From an uncultured Alphaproteobacteria bacterium (GTDB lineage Bacteria > Pseudomonadota > Alphaproteobacteria > HIMB59 > GCA-002718135), in contig CABYTX010000001.1 of assembly GCA_902522015.1 (NCBI GenBank), positions 5,003-69,002 of the forward strand: 64,000 nucleotides of DNA. The letters run 5' to 3'. This document shows positions 39,999-49,574 of the stretch, in pieces. The notes under the pieces are model-generated. The model saw only the letters and a program-made list of their open reading frames with translations. It was not told the origin of the DNA and did no database searches. Position numbers and translations under genes: made by a program. The first letter of the stretch is position 1. Each line of letters opens with the position of its first letter.

Positions 39999-41144
39999 AT
40001 GAAAATAGGGGCAGTCGGTTTTGGGAGTAGGACAGCAGGTGTTTATAATGAATTTTCAAAAGTTAATCCAAATTTTGAAATGGTTGCTTATGTAGATCCT
40101 CAGCCAATAGGTAAAGATTTTGCTGAGAAAAATAATTTTTTTCCAAATAAATCATATTCAAGTTTAAACGAAATGTTGGATCGAGAGAAACTAGATATGT
40201 TAATGATTGGGTCCCCCAATCATTTACATTTAGATCATATTAAGCTTGGATTAAGAGCAGGATTACAAATATTTGCTGAGAAACCTTTAGTAATAAGCGA
40301 ACAAGAAACTTTTGAGTTAGCAAAATTAATAAAAGAATATGGCAAAGAAAGAATTATTGTTGGCTTAGTTTTAAGATATTCACAGCAAGCAAGATCTGTG
40401 AGAAAATTATTAGATCAAAATGCTATTGGAAATATAATATCGATTGAAGCTTCAGAACATATCGTACCTTCGCACGGTGCTTTTTTTATGAGAAACTGGA
40501 GAAGAAAACAAAAATATTCTGGAGGCTTTATGCTGGAAAAATGTTGTCATGACATTGACTTTTATTCAATGATTACGAAGAGCAGACCTATTAAAGTTGC
40601 TAGTTTTGGTTCAAGAAGATCTTTTATACCCGAAAATCTTCCAGAGGGTTCTCATGAACAATATACAAAAGACAGATTAAAAGGTTGGGAGTCAAAATCA
40701 AATGTTTTTGATAGTGATGCTGATATTGTCGATCATCAAGTAGCAATAATAGAATATGCAAATAAAGCAGTACTATCTTTTCATACTAATATGAAAGTTC
40801 CAGACGAATTTCGAAGATTTGCAGTCATAGGATCTGCGGGAATGATTGAGGGAGATTTTGTTAAAGGATTTATGAAAGCTCATGATGAAAATAATAATGT
40901 ACTTATTGATGAAGATTATGGAGCAGCTTTTGGAAAAGAAATTAAAGGTCATTATGGCGCAGATAGCATGATGGCTCAAGATATTAACAATTATTTATTA
41001 AAAAATAATAAAGAATTACCAGTTGGTGTAATAGAATGTATGGAGGCAGGAATTGTTGCTATGAAAATTGATGAAGCTAGAAATACTGGTAAAGTAATTG
41101 ACTTAACAAGCACTTGGGATAAATTCGACTCACTATTAAATTAG
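39999..41144 (+). CDS. Gfo/Idh/MocA family oxidoreductase
   Basis: 381 aa with 'GAVGFGSRTAG' and 'FAEKPL'. Confidence 0.8.
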   Translation: MKIGAVGFGSRTAGVYNEFSKVNPNFEMVAYVDPQPIGKDFAEKNNFFPNKSYSSLNEMLDREKLDMLMIGSPNHLHLDHIKLGLRAGLQIFAEKPLVISEQETFELAKLIKEYGKERIIVGLVLRYSQQARSVRKLLDQNAIGNIISIEASEHIVPSHGAFFMRNWRRKQKYSGGFMLEKCCHDIDFYSMITKSRPIKVASFGSRRSFIPENLPEGSHEQYTKDRLKGWESKSNVFDSDADIVDHQVAIIEYANKAVLSFHTNMKVPDEFRRFAVIGSAGMIEGDFVKGFMKAHDENNNVLIDEDYGAAFGKEIKGHYGADSMMAQDINNYLLKNNKELPVGVIECMEAGIVAMKIDEARNTGKVIDLTSTWDKFDSLLN

Positions 41145-41149
41145 TAATT

Positions 41150-42049
41150 ATGAATCAAAAATTAAAATCATATACCGCCCAAACATATATAGCATATGCA
41201 CTAATTGCTCCTGCTGCTATTTATATAATTCTTATTGTTGCTTGGCCATTATTAGAAACAATTAGATTATCTTTTACAAATTCTAGTTTAGCAGGAGAAG
41301 ATTATGTTGGTTTTGAAAATTATCAAAAAATGTTTTCTAGTAAAAAATTTAATGGAATAGTGACCAGAACATTTGTTTGGATGTTTTTTTCAGTCTCTTT
41401 AAAACTTATCATTGGTTTAATTGGAGCTGTTTTACTTAATGCTAATTTAAAAGGAAGATCAATTTTCAGAGTGCTTGTAATGCCTCCATGGGTAGTTCCA
41501 ATTGCAATTGGTATGCTTGGCTGGTTATGGTTATATAACGGGTATTTTGGAATTATCGCAGGTGTAGGTATGCGAACTGGTATTTTGGACGGTCCTTTTG
41601 GATTTCTTGCTTACAAACAAAGTGCCTTTATTTCTACAATCATTGCCGATGTTTGGGTTGGAACACCAATGGTAACCGTTTTCTTTCTAGCTGCAATGCA
41701 GGGTGTGCCAAGAGATTTATATGAAGCTGCTTATTGTGATGGCGCTTCAAGATGGGATAGATTTTTTAAAATCACATTACCTCAAATCACTCCTGTCATT
41801 ATTACAATGTCATTACTATCTGCTATTTGGACATTCAACTCATTTGAAATAATTTGGATATTGACTGAAGGTGGGCCAAGAGGTTCAACAACTACATTAA
41901 TTATCGACACCTATAAACAAGCATTAGGCAATTATAAATTTGGAAGAGGTGCTGCTAGAGCCGTAGTCGTAATGATTTTACTAATGTTATTTGCAGGATT
42001 TTACTTAGCTTTACTTGCTAGAATTAATAAGAAAATTTCTCATGAATAA
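41150..42049 (+). CDS. CUT1 sugar ABC transporter permease (MalF/UgpA-type)
   Basis: 299 aa, six TM segments, EAA region 'EAAYCDGASRWDRFFKITLP'. Confidence 0.85.
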   Translation: MNQKLKSYTAQTYIAYALIAPAAIYIILIVAWPLLETIRLSFTNSSLAGEDYVGFENYQKMFSSKKFNGIVTRTFVWMFFSVSLKLIIGLIGAVLLNANLKGRSIFRVLVMPPWVVPIAIGMLGWLWLYNGYFGIIAGVGMRTGILDGPFGFLAYKQSAFISTIIADVWVGTPMVTVFFLAAMQGVPRDLYEAAYCDGASRWDRFFKITLPQITPVIITMSLLSAIWTFNSFEIIWILTEGGPRGSTTTLIIDTYKQALGNYKFGRGAARAVVVMILLMLFAGFYLALLARINKKISHE

Positions 42050-42881
42050 ATATAATCCTTTTGAAAAAATATTGATCTATTTTGGCATCTTTGTCTTCAT
42101 GACTTTTATTCTTTTGCCTTTTATTGAAATGTTTTATGCATCGCTTCGTCCCTTAGATCATTTATTTAGATCTCCATACCAATTTTATTCAGATGATTTA
42201 TCTTTTTGGGCTTATCAAGAAATGTGGAATACGGTACCAATGCTTGGAAGATATATCTTTAATAGTTTTTTTCTGGCTTCCTGCGTTGCTATACTAACTC
42301 TTATATTTGTTATTCCTGCAGCCTACGCATACGCACGTTTTAAATTTCCAGCTAAGAATACGAGCTTATACATACTCTTAGCAATTAATATGTTTTCAGG
42401 AGCAGTAATTTTAATACCTTTATACAAATTGTTAAGGACTTTAGGTTTATTAAATAGTTATCAATCTATGATAATTCCTGGTGTTGCTTTTTTAATTCCA
42501 ACTGCAATTTGGCTGCTAAAGTCTTACTTTGAAAAAATACCAATAGATTTAGAAGAGGCAGCTTTTGTAGATGGTGCTTCAAGAGTACAAATACTCAGAC
42601 ATATCATTGCACCTCTTAGTACCCCTGGTCTGGTAGTTGTTGGGATATACGCTTTTATTGGATCTTATGCTCAACAATTCTTATTTGCGATTACATTTAA
42701 TCAGAAAAAAGAATATATGCCAATTCCAACAGGGTTATATGAATTTATAGGATATCAAAGCGTTAAATGGAATGAAATGATGGCAGCAGCCTTAGTAGGG
42801 ATGTTACCAGTTTTATTATTATTTGTATTTTTACAAAAGTATATTGTAGAGGGGCTTACTGCTGGTGCGGTAAAAAACTAA
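42042..42881 (+). CDS. CUT1 sugar ABC transporter permease (MalG/UgpE-type), paralogue 1
   Basis: 279 aa from the ATG at 42042 ('MNKYNPFEK', 8-nt overlap with the upstream stop). The ORF-track TTG at 42015 is less likely. EAA region 'EAAFVDGASRVQILRHIIAP'. Confidence 0.85.
   Translation: MNKYNPFEKILIYFGIFVFMTFILLPFIEMFYASLRPLDHLFRSPYQFYSDDLSFWAYQEMWNTVPMLGRYIFNSFFLASCVAILTLIFVIPAAYAYARFKFPAKNTSLYILLAINMFSGAVILIPLYKLLRTLGLLNSYQSMIIPGVAFLIPTAIWLLKSYFEKIPIDLEEAAFVDGASRVQILRHIIAPLSTPGLVVVGIYAFIGSYAQQFLFAITFNQKKEYMPIPTGLYEFIGYQSVKWNEMMAAALVGMLPVLLLFVFLQKYIVEGLTAGAVKN
42480..42721. repeat. Near-identical tract shared by the tandem permease paralogues (copy 1)
   Basis: 242 nt matching 43321-43562 with 3 mismatches (42575, 42602, 42605), all synonymous. 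The 60-nt flanks that I aligned by hand show 75-76 % identity. Confidence 0.9.
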
Positions 42882-42882
42882 A

Positions 42883-43722
42883 TTGGATAAATATAATATA
42901 TACGAAAAGATATTATTATATTCAGGAATACTAGTCTTTATGATTTTTATTCTTTTGCCTTTTGTCGAAATGTTTTATGCATCACTTCGACCGTTAGATC
43001 ATTTATTTAGATCTCCATATCAATTTTATTCAGATGATTTATCTTTTTGGGCCTATAGAGAAATGTGGAATACAGTACCAATGCTTCCACGATATATTTT
43101 TAACAGTTTTTTTCTTGCCTCAGTAACTTCTATTATTACTTTGCTTTTTGTAATTCCTGCAGCTTACTCTTATGCACGTTTTAAATTTCCTTTTAAAAAT
43201 TCTTCACTCTATATTTTATTAGCAATTAATATGTTTTCAGGAGCAGTTTTATTAATTCCTCTCTATAAAGTATTAAGAACATTTGGTTTGCTAAATACAT
43301 ATCAAGCTATGATTGTTCCCGGTGTTGCTTTTTTAATTCCAACTGCAATTTGGCTGCTAAAGTCTTACTTTGAAAAAATACCAATAGATTTAGAAGAGGC
43401 AGCTTTTGTAGATGGGGCTTCAAGAGTACAAATACTCAGACACATAATTGCACCTCTTAGTACCCCTGGTCTGGTAGTTGTTGGGATATACGCTTTTATT
43501 GGATCTTATGCTCAACAATTCTTATTTGCGATTACATTTAATCAGAAAAAAGAATATATGCCTATCCCTTCAGGGCTGTATGAATTTATTGGTTACACAA
43601 CAGTCAAATGGAATGAAATGATGGCAGCCTCTCTTGTTGGGATTGCCCCTGTCTTAATAATTTTCCTTTTTCTACAGAAATATATTGTTGCTGGACTCAC
43701 TTCTGGGGCAGTAAAAAACTAG
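42883..43722 (+). CDS. CUT1 sugar ABC transporter permease (MalG/UgpE-type), paralogue 2
   Basis: 279 aa with a TTG start 1 nt after the paralogue 1 stop. It is collinear with paralogue 1 over its full length, with roughly 85-90 % aa identity by eye. Confidence 0.85.
   Translation: MDKYNIYEKILLYSGILVFMIFILLPFVEMFYASLRPLDHLFRSPYQFYSDDLSFWAYREMWNTVPMLPRYIFNSFFLASVTSIITLLFVIPAAYSYARFKFPFKNSSLYILLAINMFSGAVLLIPLYKVLRTFGLLNTYQAMIVPGVAFLIPTAIWLLKSYFEKIPIDLEEAAFVDGASRVQILRHIIAPLSTPGLVVVGIYAFIGSYAQQFLFAITFNQKKEYMPIPSGLYEFIGYTTVKWNEMMAASLVGIAPVLIIFLFLQKYIVAGLTSGAVKN
43321..43562. repeat. Near-identical tract shared by the tandem permease paralogues (copy 2)
   Basis: Partner of 42480-42721 at an offset of 841 nt. 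Confidence 0.9.
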
Positions 43723-43788
43723 AAAAATACCCAAAAACTAACTTGCTTCATAGAGCCAGTTAATGTTATCTCTTTTTTATATTTAAAT

Positions 43789-43793
43789 GGAGG
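43789..43793 (+). promoter_or_regulatory. Shine-Dalgarno GGAGG, 4 nt upstream of the binding-protein start
   Basis: 'aaatGGAGGaattATG' read directly. Confidence 0.65.
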
Positions 43794-43797
43794 AATT

Positions 43798-45009
43798 ATG
43801 AATTTCAAAAAACTATCTTCATTTCTTACAATAGCTATACTTTCACTAGTTGGTTTTAAAACTTATGCTGCTGAAGTACACGGAGTATTTTGTGGCGGTG
43901 AGCTTCGACCTAATTATGTTGAAATAGCTGATAAGTACATGGAAGACAATCCTGGAGTTACTGTAACTCTAGAGGCTGTTCCTTGGGGAACATGTCAGGA
44001 CAAAGTAATCAATCTTGCTATTGCAGGTGATCCTGTTGCATTTTCATATGTTGGATCAAGAACTCTAAAAGGTCTTGCAGAAAACGGACATATTTTAGAA
44101 ACAAATATACCTGCTTCTCAAAAAGCAATGTATCAACCAGGTATCCTAAACACAGTTACACACATGGGTAAAACTTGGGGTTTCCCTCATGCGTTTTCAA
44201 CTAAAGCACTTTTCATGAATTGTGGTCTTTTAGAAAAAGCAGGTGTTGCATGTGAAGGTCCTCAAACTTGGGATGAATTATATTCAATGGCTGAAGCTGT
44301 AACAAAAAATGTTGATGGAGCAGCAGGAATTGGACTAGCTGGTAAAGATTTTGATAATACTATGCACCAATTCTTAAACTACCTATACAGTAATGGAGGA
44401 CAAGTTATTGATCCAATGTCAAACGAAATAACTTTGAATTCATCTAATACTGTTGAAACATTAGAATTTTATGGAAAGTTAGCAAACGTTGCTCAGGAAG
44501 GTCCTTTAGCTTGGGAGAGATCTCAGTTAACAGAACTATTTAATGATGAAAAAATTGCTATGTATATTAATGGACCTTGGGGTAGAGGTCAGCATAAGGA
44601 AGGCCTAGATGTTAAAACAGTTAGAATTCCTGCTGGACCACAAGGAAATCAAGGTACTCTTTTAATCACTGATAGTGTTGCAGTTTTCTCAAACACAGGT
44701 GTTGAAAAAGAAGCAATGGAATTAGCTAGCATAATCACATCAGGTGACTCTCAATACAGTCTTGATACTGATTGGGGTCTAACACCAATTATGCAATATC
44801 CTCAAATTGGAAATGAAGCTCCATACAATGAAGATTATTGGATGATGTTTATTGATGCGATTGGCGATGGTGGACCAGAGCCACTATTTGTAGACTACAA
44901 AGCTTTTCAAACTGTTATGAACTCTATGATCCAAGGGGCAATTCTTGGTGAAGGAGATGCTGCGGATTTAGTAGCTGAAGCAGCTGAAGAGTTAGAAGAA
45001 TACAAATAA
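43798..45009 (+). CDS. Periplasmic sugar-binding protein (SBP family 1, CUT1)
   Basis: 403 aa with signal peptide 'MNFKKLSSFLTIAILSLVGFKTYA'. Acidic, Lys-poor composition. Follows three permease genes. Confidence 0.85.
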   Translation: MNFKKLSSFLTIAILSLVGFKTYAAEVHGVFCGGELRPNYVEIADKYMEDNPGVTVTLEAVPWGTCQDKVINLAIAGDPVAFSYVGSRTLKGLAENGHILETNIPASQKAMYQPGILNTVTHMGKTWGFPHAFSTKALFMNCGLLEKAGVACEGPQTWDELYSMAEAVTKNVDGAAGIGLAGKDFDNTMHQFLNYLYSNGGQVIDPMSNEITLNSSNTVETLEFYGKLANVAQEGPLAWERSQLTELFNDEKIAMYINGPWGRGQHKEGLDVKTVRIPAGPQGNQGTLLITDSVAVFSNTGVEKEAMELASIITSGDSQYSLDTDWGLTPIMQYPQIGNEAPYNEDYWMMFIDAIGDGGPEPLFVDYKAFQTVMNSMIQGAILGEGDAADLVAEAAEELEEYK

Positions 45010-45020
45010 TTACATTATTT

Positions 45021-45045
45021 TGCTAGGGCAATATTTGCCCTAGCA
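45021..45045 (+). terminator. Perfect 11-bp hairpin after the SBP gene (no U-run); possible terminator or mRNA-stabilising element
   Basis: 'TGCTAGGGCAAtatTTGCCCTAGCA'. No T-tract follows, so an intrinsic-terminator call is weak. Confidence 0.4.
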
Positions 45046-45062
45046 TCTAATATAAAATCTAA

Positions 45063-45791
45063 ATGAGTAAATTAACAAGATCTTATTCCTCAAAAATTAA
45101 TTCAATTTTAAAGAAGATATTAAAAGAAGAAGAAAAAAAATTTTTACAGTGTGCTAAGTTAATTAGTAAATCATATAAAAAGGGTGGGCAGTTATATATT
45201 TTTGGAACTGGACACTCTAGATTACTCGGAGAAGAATCATTTCATAGAGCAGGTGGTTTTGCTGCCGCATGTCCAATAAGAGATGATGATCTCAGTTTTA
45301 AAAAAGGAGCAAGAAAGGCCACTGCTTTAGAAAGAACTCCAAATATTGCAAAAAAAGCTCTAGCTAAATATAAAATTACTAGCAAAGATATATTGATGAT
45401 TGTATCTAATTCAGGTGTCAATCACGCTCCTGTTGAAGCAGCTTTGATTGCTAAGAAAAAGAAAATAAAAACTATTTCACTAACATCTGTAAAATACTCA
45501 AAACAAGCTCCTCTATCTAAATTGAATAAAAGATTATTTGAAATAACGGATATATTCATTGATAATAAGATTCCACCTGGTGATGCAATTATAAATATTA
45601 AAGATAACATGGTTGGACCAGCTTCAACAATTACAGGATCTTTTATTTTAAATTCAATTTTAATTGAAGTTGCAAATATCTTAAAAAATGAAAAATTGTT
45701 TCCATTCTATATCAGTGTAAATATGCCAAATGCTAAAAGAAATAATGACAAATTAGAGAAAAAATTTAGTAAGATTAATCCTCATTTATAA
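45063..45791 (+). CDS. SIS (sugar isomerase) domain protein, UPF0309-like
   Basis: 242 aa with the SIS-type motif 'LYIFGTGHS' and 'IVSNSGVN'. No HTH segment is visible. Confidence 0.65.
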   Translation: MSKLTRSYSSKINSILKKILKEEEKKFLQCAKLISKSYKKGGQLYIFGTGHSRLLGEESFHRAGGFAAACPIRDDDLSFKKGARKATALERTPNIAKKALAKYKITSKDILMIVSNSGVNHAPVEAALIAKKKKIKTISLTSVKYSKQAPLSKLNKRLFEITDIFIDNKIPPGDAIINIKDNMVGPASTITGSFILNSILIEVANILKNEKLFPFYISVNMPNAKRNNDKLEKKFSKINPHL

Positions 45792-45846
45792 GTTTTTTTA
45801 ATTTTTTTAAAAATCAATAAATTACTATATAAGATAATAAGTTTAG

Positions 45847-46941
45847 ATGACTGATCAAAATAAAGTTAGTGGAAAAATTATTAATTATAATTCTTCCTGT
45901 ATTGGTGATGTATATTTTAGTGAAAAAATTAGTGACTTAAAAATAAAGGACTCTGATGATTATAATAATTTTATAATTCCTGGTTTTATTGATCTCCATT
46001 GTCATGGTGGTAATGGTTTTGATGTAATGGAGGGCTCACAATCAATTATTGAAATGTCTAAGTATCATTTACGACATGGAACCACTTCAATAATGCCAAC
46101 TACTTGGACCAATACCTTAGAAAATACTATTTCAGCTTTAAAAGGATTTAATGAAATAAAGAAAGATAATGGTAATAATATCCTTGGAGTTCATTTAGAA
46201 GGACCTTTTATTAATCCTAATAAACTTGGCGCTCAACCAAATTTAACTGAGAAACCATCTTTAGAGTTTATAAAAAAAATTCTTGAAATTGCCGATGTAA
46301 AAATCATTACCTTAGCCCCAGAAATTGATGGAATGCAAGAATTTATAAATGATTTAGTGGAGCTAAATATTAAGATTCAATTTGGCCACACTTTGGCAGA
46401 CTTTGATTGCTGTGAAAAAATTATGAAAGATCATGAAATTGGTTTTACACATTTGTATAATGCTATGTCTGGTAATCATCATAGATCCCCAGGAGTTTTA
46501 TCAGCTGCTCTTTCAAAAGGAAAATATGCTGAAATAATTTGTGATAATATTCATGTTAGTAAAGAAGCAATAAAAATTGCAAAAAAATGTATTCCTGGTC
46601 TTTATGCGATAACAGATTCTATTAACGCTAGCGGAATGAATGATGGAGAATATATTTTTGCAAAAAATAATATAAAAAAAGAAAATCATTCAGTAAAAAT
46701 TAAGTCTGACGGTACTTTAGCAGGAAGTATTGTTACTATGGATCAAACTTTTAAAAATTTAATATCAATGAGTTTTTCATTAGAAGAAGCAGTCGCTTTA
46801 ACTAGTTATAATGCTTCTAAATATATGAATCTAGACAATGTCGGTGTAATTCAAAAAAATTTTTTAAGTAATTTTCTTATTTTAGATAAAGAATTTAATC
46901 TTAAAGAAGTTTATTTAAGAGGAAAAAAAATTAATGTCTAA
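45847..46941 (+). CDS. nagA: N-acetylglucosamine-6-phosphate deacetylase
   Basis: 364 aa with 'GFIDLHCHGGNGFD' and 'HLEGPFINP', plus family-typical length. Confidence 0.85.
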   Translation: MTDQNKVSGKIINYNSSCIGDVYFSEKISDLKIKDSDDYNNFIIPGFIDLHCHGGNGFDVMEGSQSIIEMSKYHLRHGTTSIMPTTWTNTLENTISALKGFNEIKKDNGNNILGVHLEGPFINPNKLGAQPNLTEKPSLEFIKKILEIADVKIITLAPEIDGMQEFINDLVELNIKIQFGHTLADFDCCEKIMKDHEIGFTHLYNAMSGNHHRSPGVLSAALSKGKYAEIICDNIHVSKEAIKIAKKCIPGLYAITDSINASGMNDGEYIFAKNNIKKENHSVKIKSDGTLAGSIVTMDQTFKNLISMSFSLEEAVALTSYNASKYMNLDNVGVIQKNFLSNFLILDKEFNLKEVYLRGKKINV

Positions 46942-47956
46942 TTCCCAAGTTTTATCTGAAGCTCTCTCTATTCCAAATAAAATTAATCATTTTATCTTGA
47001 ATGATAAAAATAATTATCAGGAAATATCAAGTTTAATATCAGAAAAAAAAATTGATTATGTTGTTACTGTAGCAAGGGGGACTTCAGATTGTGCTGCTCT
47101 TTATTTATCTTATATGTTTGCAAAATATCTTGGTCTACCAACGTACAGCATGCCTCCATCTATAATAACTTTAGAAGAATCAAAATTTAATTTTTCGAGA
47201 GCATTAGTTTTCATTATTTCTCAATCAGGAAAAAGTGAAGATTTGGTTGAATGTCATAAAATGGTACAAAAAATGGGAGCAAAGACTATATTAATAAGTA
47301 ATAACTTAAATAGCCCAATTGCAAACATATCCAATTATTTTTTTGATATAAATGCTGGAGAAGAAAAAAGTGTTGCAGCGACAAAAACTTTTGTTTTGTC
47401 TTTATTGATAATTTTAAAGCTTGTTTTTAATACCCTTAATAAAAAAGATATTAATAAACAAATTGAAAAGTTAAGTGATCATTTAATTTTAGATAATCAA
47501 AATCAATGGAATCCAAATATATTAGATAAAACTATAAGTAATGGATACATAATTAGTAGAGGTGTTGGATATGCAATTTCTAATGAAATATCTTTAAAGT
47601 TTAAAGAGTTATGTCAAGAAATGATAGAACCTTTCAGTAGTGCTGAAGTAATGCATGGGCCAAAAAGCTTGATACAAAACTCATTCAAATTATTTACTAT
47701 ATCGCTTAGAGATAAAAGTGGGATGATAGTAGCAAAAGATGCCAGTCAAATTATTTCATTAACCAATCTTCACTATGAAATAACCTATGATAAAAAATCT
47801 AACACTAAACTTCTATATAGCCCTAATGATATGATAGAGTTAGATCCAATTATAGTTCTATCAAAATTTTATCCATGGATAGTTAATTACTCTTTTCAAA
47901 AGGGATTAGATCCAGACAATCCTAGATATTTAACTAAAGTAACACAAACATTCTAA
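46934..47956 (+). CDS. Tandem-SIS sugar-phosphate deaminase/isomerase (AgaS / GlmS C-terminal-like, NagB-II type)
   Basis: 340 aa with 'VTVARGTSDCAALY' and 'FIISQSGKSEDL' SIS motifs. 8-nt overlap with nagA. Confidence 0.7.
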   Translation: MSNSQVLSEALSIPNKINHFILNDKNNYQEISSLISEKKIDYVVTVARGTSDCAALYLSYMFAKYLGLPTYSMPPSIITLEESKFNFSRALVFIISQSGKSEDLVECHKMVQKMGAKTILISNNLNSPIANISNYFFDINAGEEKSVAATKTFVLSLLIILKLVFNTLNKKDINKQIEKLSDHLILDNQNQWNPNILDKTISNGYIISRGVGYAISNEISLKFKELCQEMIEPFSSAEVMHGPKSLIQNSFKLFTISLRDKSGMIVAKDASQIISLTNLHYEITYDKKSNTKLLYSPNDMIELDPIIVLSKFYPWIVNYSFQKGLDPDNPRYLTKVTQTF

Positions 47957-47957
47957 T

Positions 47958-49571
47958 TTGAATAATATTGATATAGCAATTATTGGAGCAGGTTCTGCAG
48001 GAAGTATAATAGCAAATAAACTTCTGACTAAAACTAATTTTAATATAGTCCTTATTGAGGCTGGGCCTAAAGATAACAATCCTATCATTGACGTTCCTCT
48101 TGGTTATGGAATGACATTTTATAATAAAAAAATTAATTGGAACTTCTACTCGGAAAAACAAGATAATTTATTCAATAGGCAAATATATTATCCGAGAGGT
48201 AAAGTTTTAGGTGGCTCTGGCTCAATAAATGCAATGGTCTATGCAAGAGGATTAGAAACAGATTATGAAAATTGGGGTAGCAATAAGGAATGGAGTTTTG
48301 AAAATATAAAAAAAGTATACAGTTCTATGGAGCAACAAATAAATCATGATAAAGAATTTCTTACAAAAGAAAAGATTCCAGTAAATAATGTAAGTAAGCA
48401 TCATCATTCAATTTTAGAATATTTTTTTAATGCTAGTAATGAAATTGGTATTAAAAAAAATACAAATTTAACTACATCAATCGAAAATCAAGTAGGTCAT
48501 TATAATATTAATACTTACAACGGTACTAGACATTCATCATCAAAAGTATTTTTAAAGCCTGTAATAAAAAATCCAAGACTTACAATATTAGACAATACTC
48601 AAGTTAAAAATTTAATAATTAAAGATAAAAAAATTACTGGTATTAAAATTCAAAATAAATCAATAGAACAAATCATACACTTATCTCATGGAGCAATTTT
48701 ATGTTCTGGTTCTATAATGACACCTTATTTGTTAATGCATTCTGGTATTGGTGATAAAGAACATTTAAAAAAATTTGATAAAGAAATAGTAATTGATAAT
48801 TCTAATGTTGGAAGAAATCTTCAGGATCATCTTGGGTTAGATTATTTATTTAAAACTCACCATCATTCACTAAATAAATCGTTAGGAACTTGGCCAGGCA
48901 GAATTACTTCTGTATTAAAATATATTTATAATAGGAAAGGACCATTATCACTAAGTATTAATCAGTCTGGGGGATATGTAAATTGGAATTCAAAACATCA
49001 TTATCCCAACTTGCAGATATATTTCAATCCGTTGACTTATTCTATTACTCATAAAAATAAAAGACCTCTTCTAAAAACTGACAAATTTAATGGTTTTATT
49101 ATTGGTTATAATTCTTGTCGACCAAAAAGTTTGGGTAGAGTTGCATTGAACTCTCCTAATTTTGAAGTTGCTCCATTAATTGATCCAAATTTTCTATCAC
49201 ATGAAGAAGATATATATGATGTTAAATGTGCAATTAATTTTTCTCAAGTTTTGGCGAATACAAATAGTATAAAAAAAATAAGAAATGAAAGTGTTAAGCA
49301 TGATCTTTTAAATGCTACTGAAGAAGAAATGATTGATCACTTTAAATCTAATGCAGTTTCTATATATCACCCTTGTGGTACTTGTAAAATGGATGAAGAT
49401 CCTAAAAAGGGAGTTGTTTCTGAAAGATTAAAAGTTCATGGAATGGAGAATCTTTGGATTGCTGATGCATCTGTTTTTCCAAATATTACTTCTGGCAATA
49501 TAAATGCCCCTGTAATGATGCTTGCTAATCTTGGAAGTAAATTTATTATTGAGGATTTAAATAAGATTTAA
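47958..49571 (+). CDS. GMC family oxidoreductase (choline/sugar dehydrogenase-like)
   Basis: 537 aa with 'DIAIIGAGSAGSIIANKL', 'GGSGSINAMVY' and the C-terminal 'HPCGTCKMD'. TTG start. Confidence 0.9.
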   Translation: MNNIDIAIIGAGSAGSIIANKLLTKTNFNIVLIEAGPKDNNPIIDVPLGYGMTFYNKKINWNFYSEKQDNLFNRQIYYPRGKVLGGSGSINAMVYARGLETDYENWGSNKEWSFENIKKVYSSMEQQINHDKEFLTKEKIPVNNVSKHHHSILEYFFNASNEIGIKKNTNLTTSIENQVGHYNINTYNGTRHSSSKVFLKPVIKNPRLTILDNTQVKNLIIKDKKITGIKIQNKSIEQIIHLSHGAILCSGSIMTPYLLMHSGIGDKEHLKKFDKEIVIDNSNVGRNLQDHLGLDYLFKTHHHSLNKSLGTWPGRITSVLKYIYNRKGPLSLSINQSGGYVNWNSKHHYPNLQIYFNPLTYSITHKNKRPLLKTDKFNGFIIGYNSCRPKSLGRVALNSPNFEVAPLIDPNFLSHEEDIYDVKCAINFSQVLANTNSIKKIRNESVKHDLLNATEEEMIDHFKSNAVSIYHPCGTCKMDEDPKKGVVSERLKVHGMENLWIADASVFPNITSGNINAPVMMLANLGSKFIIEDLNKI

Positions 49572-49574
49572 TTC

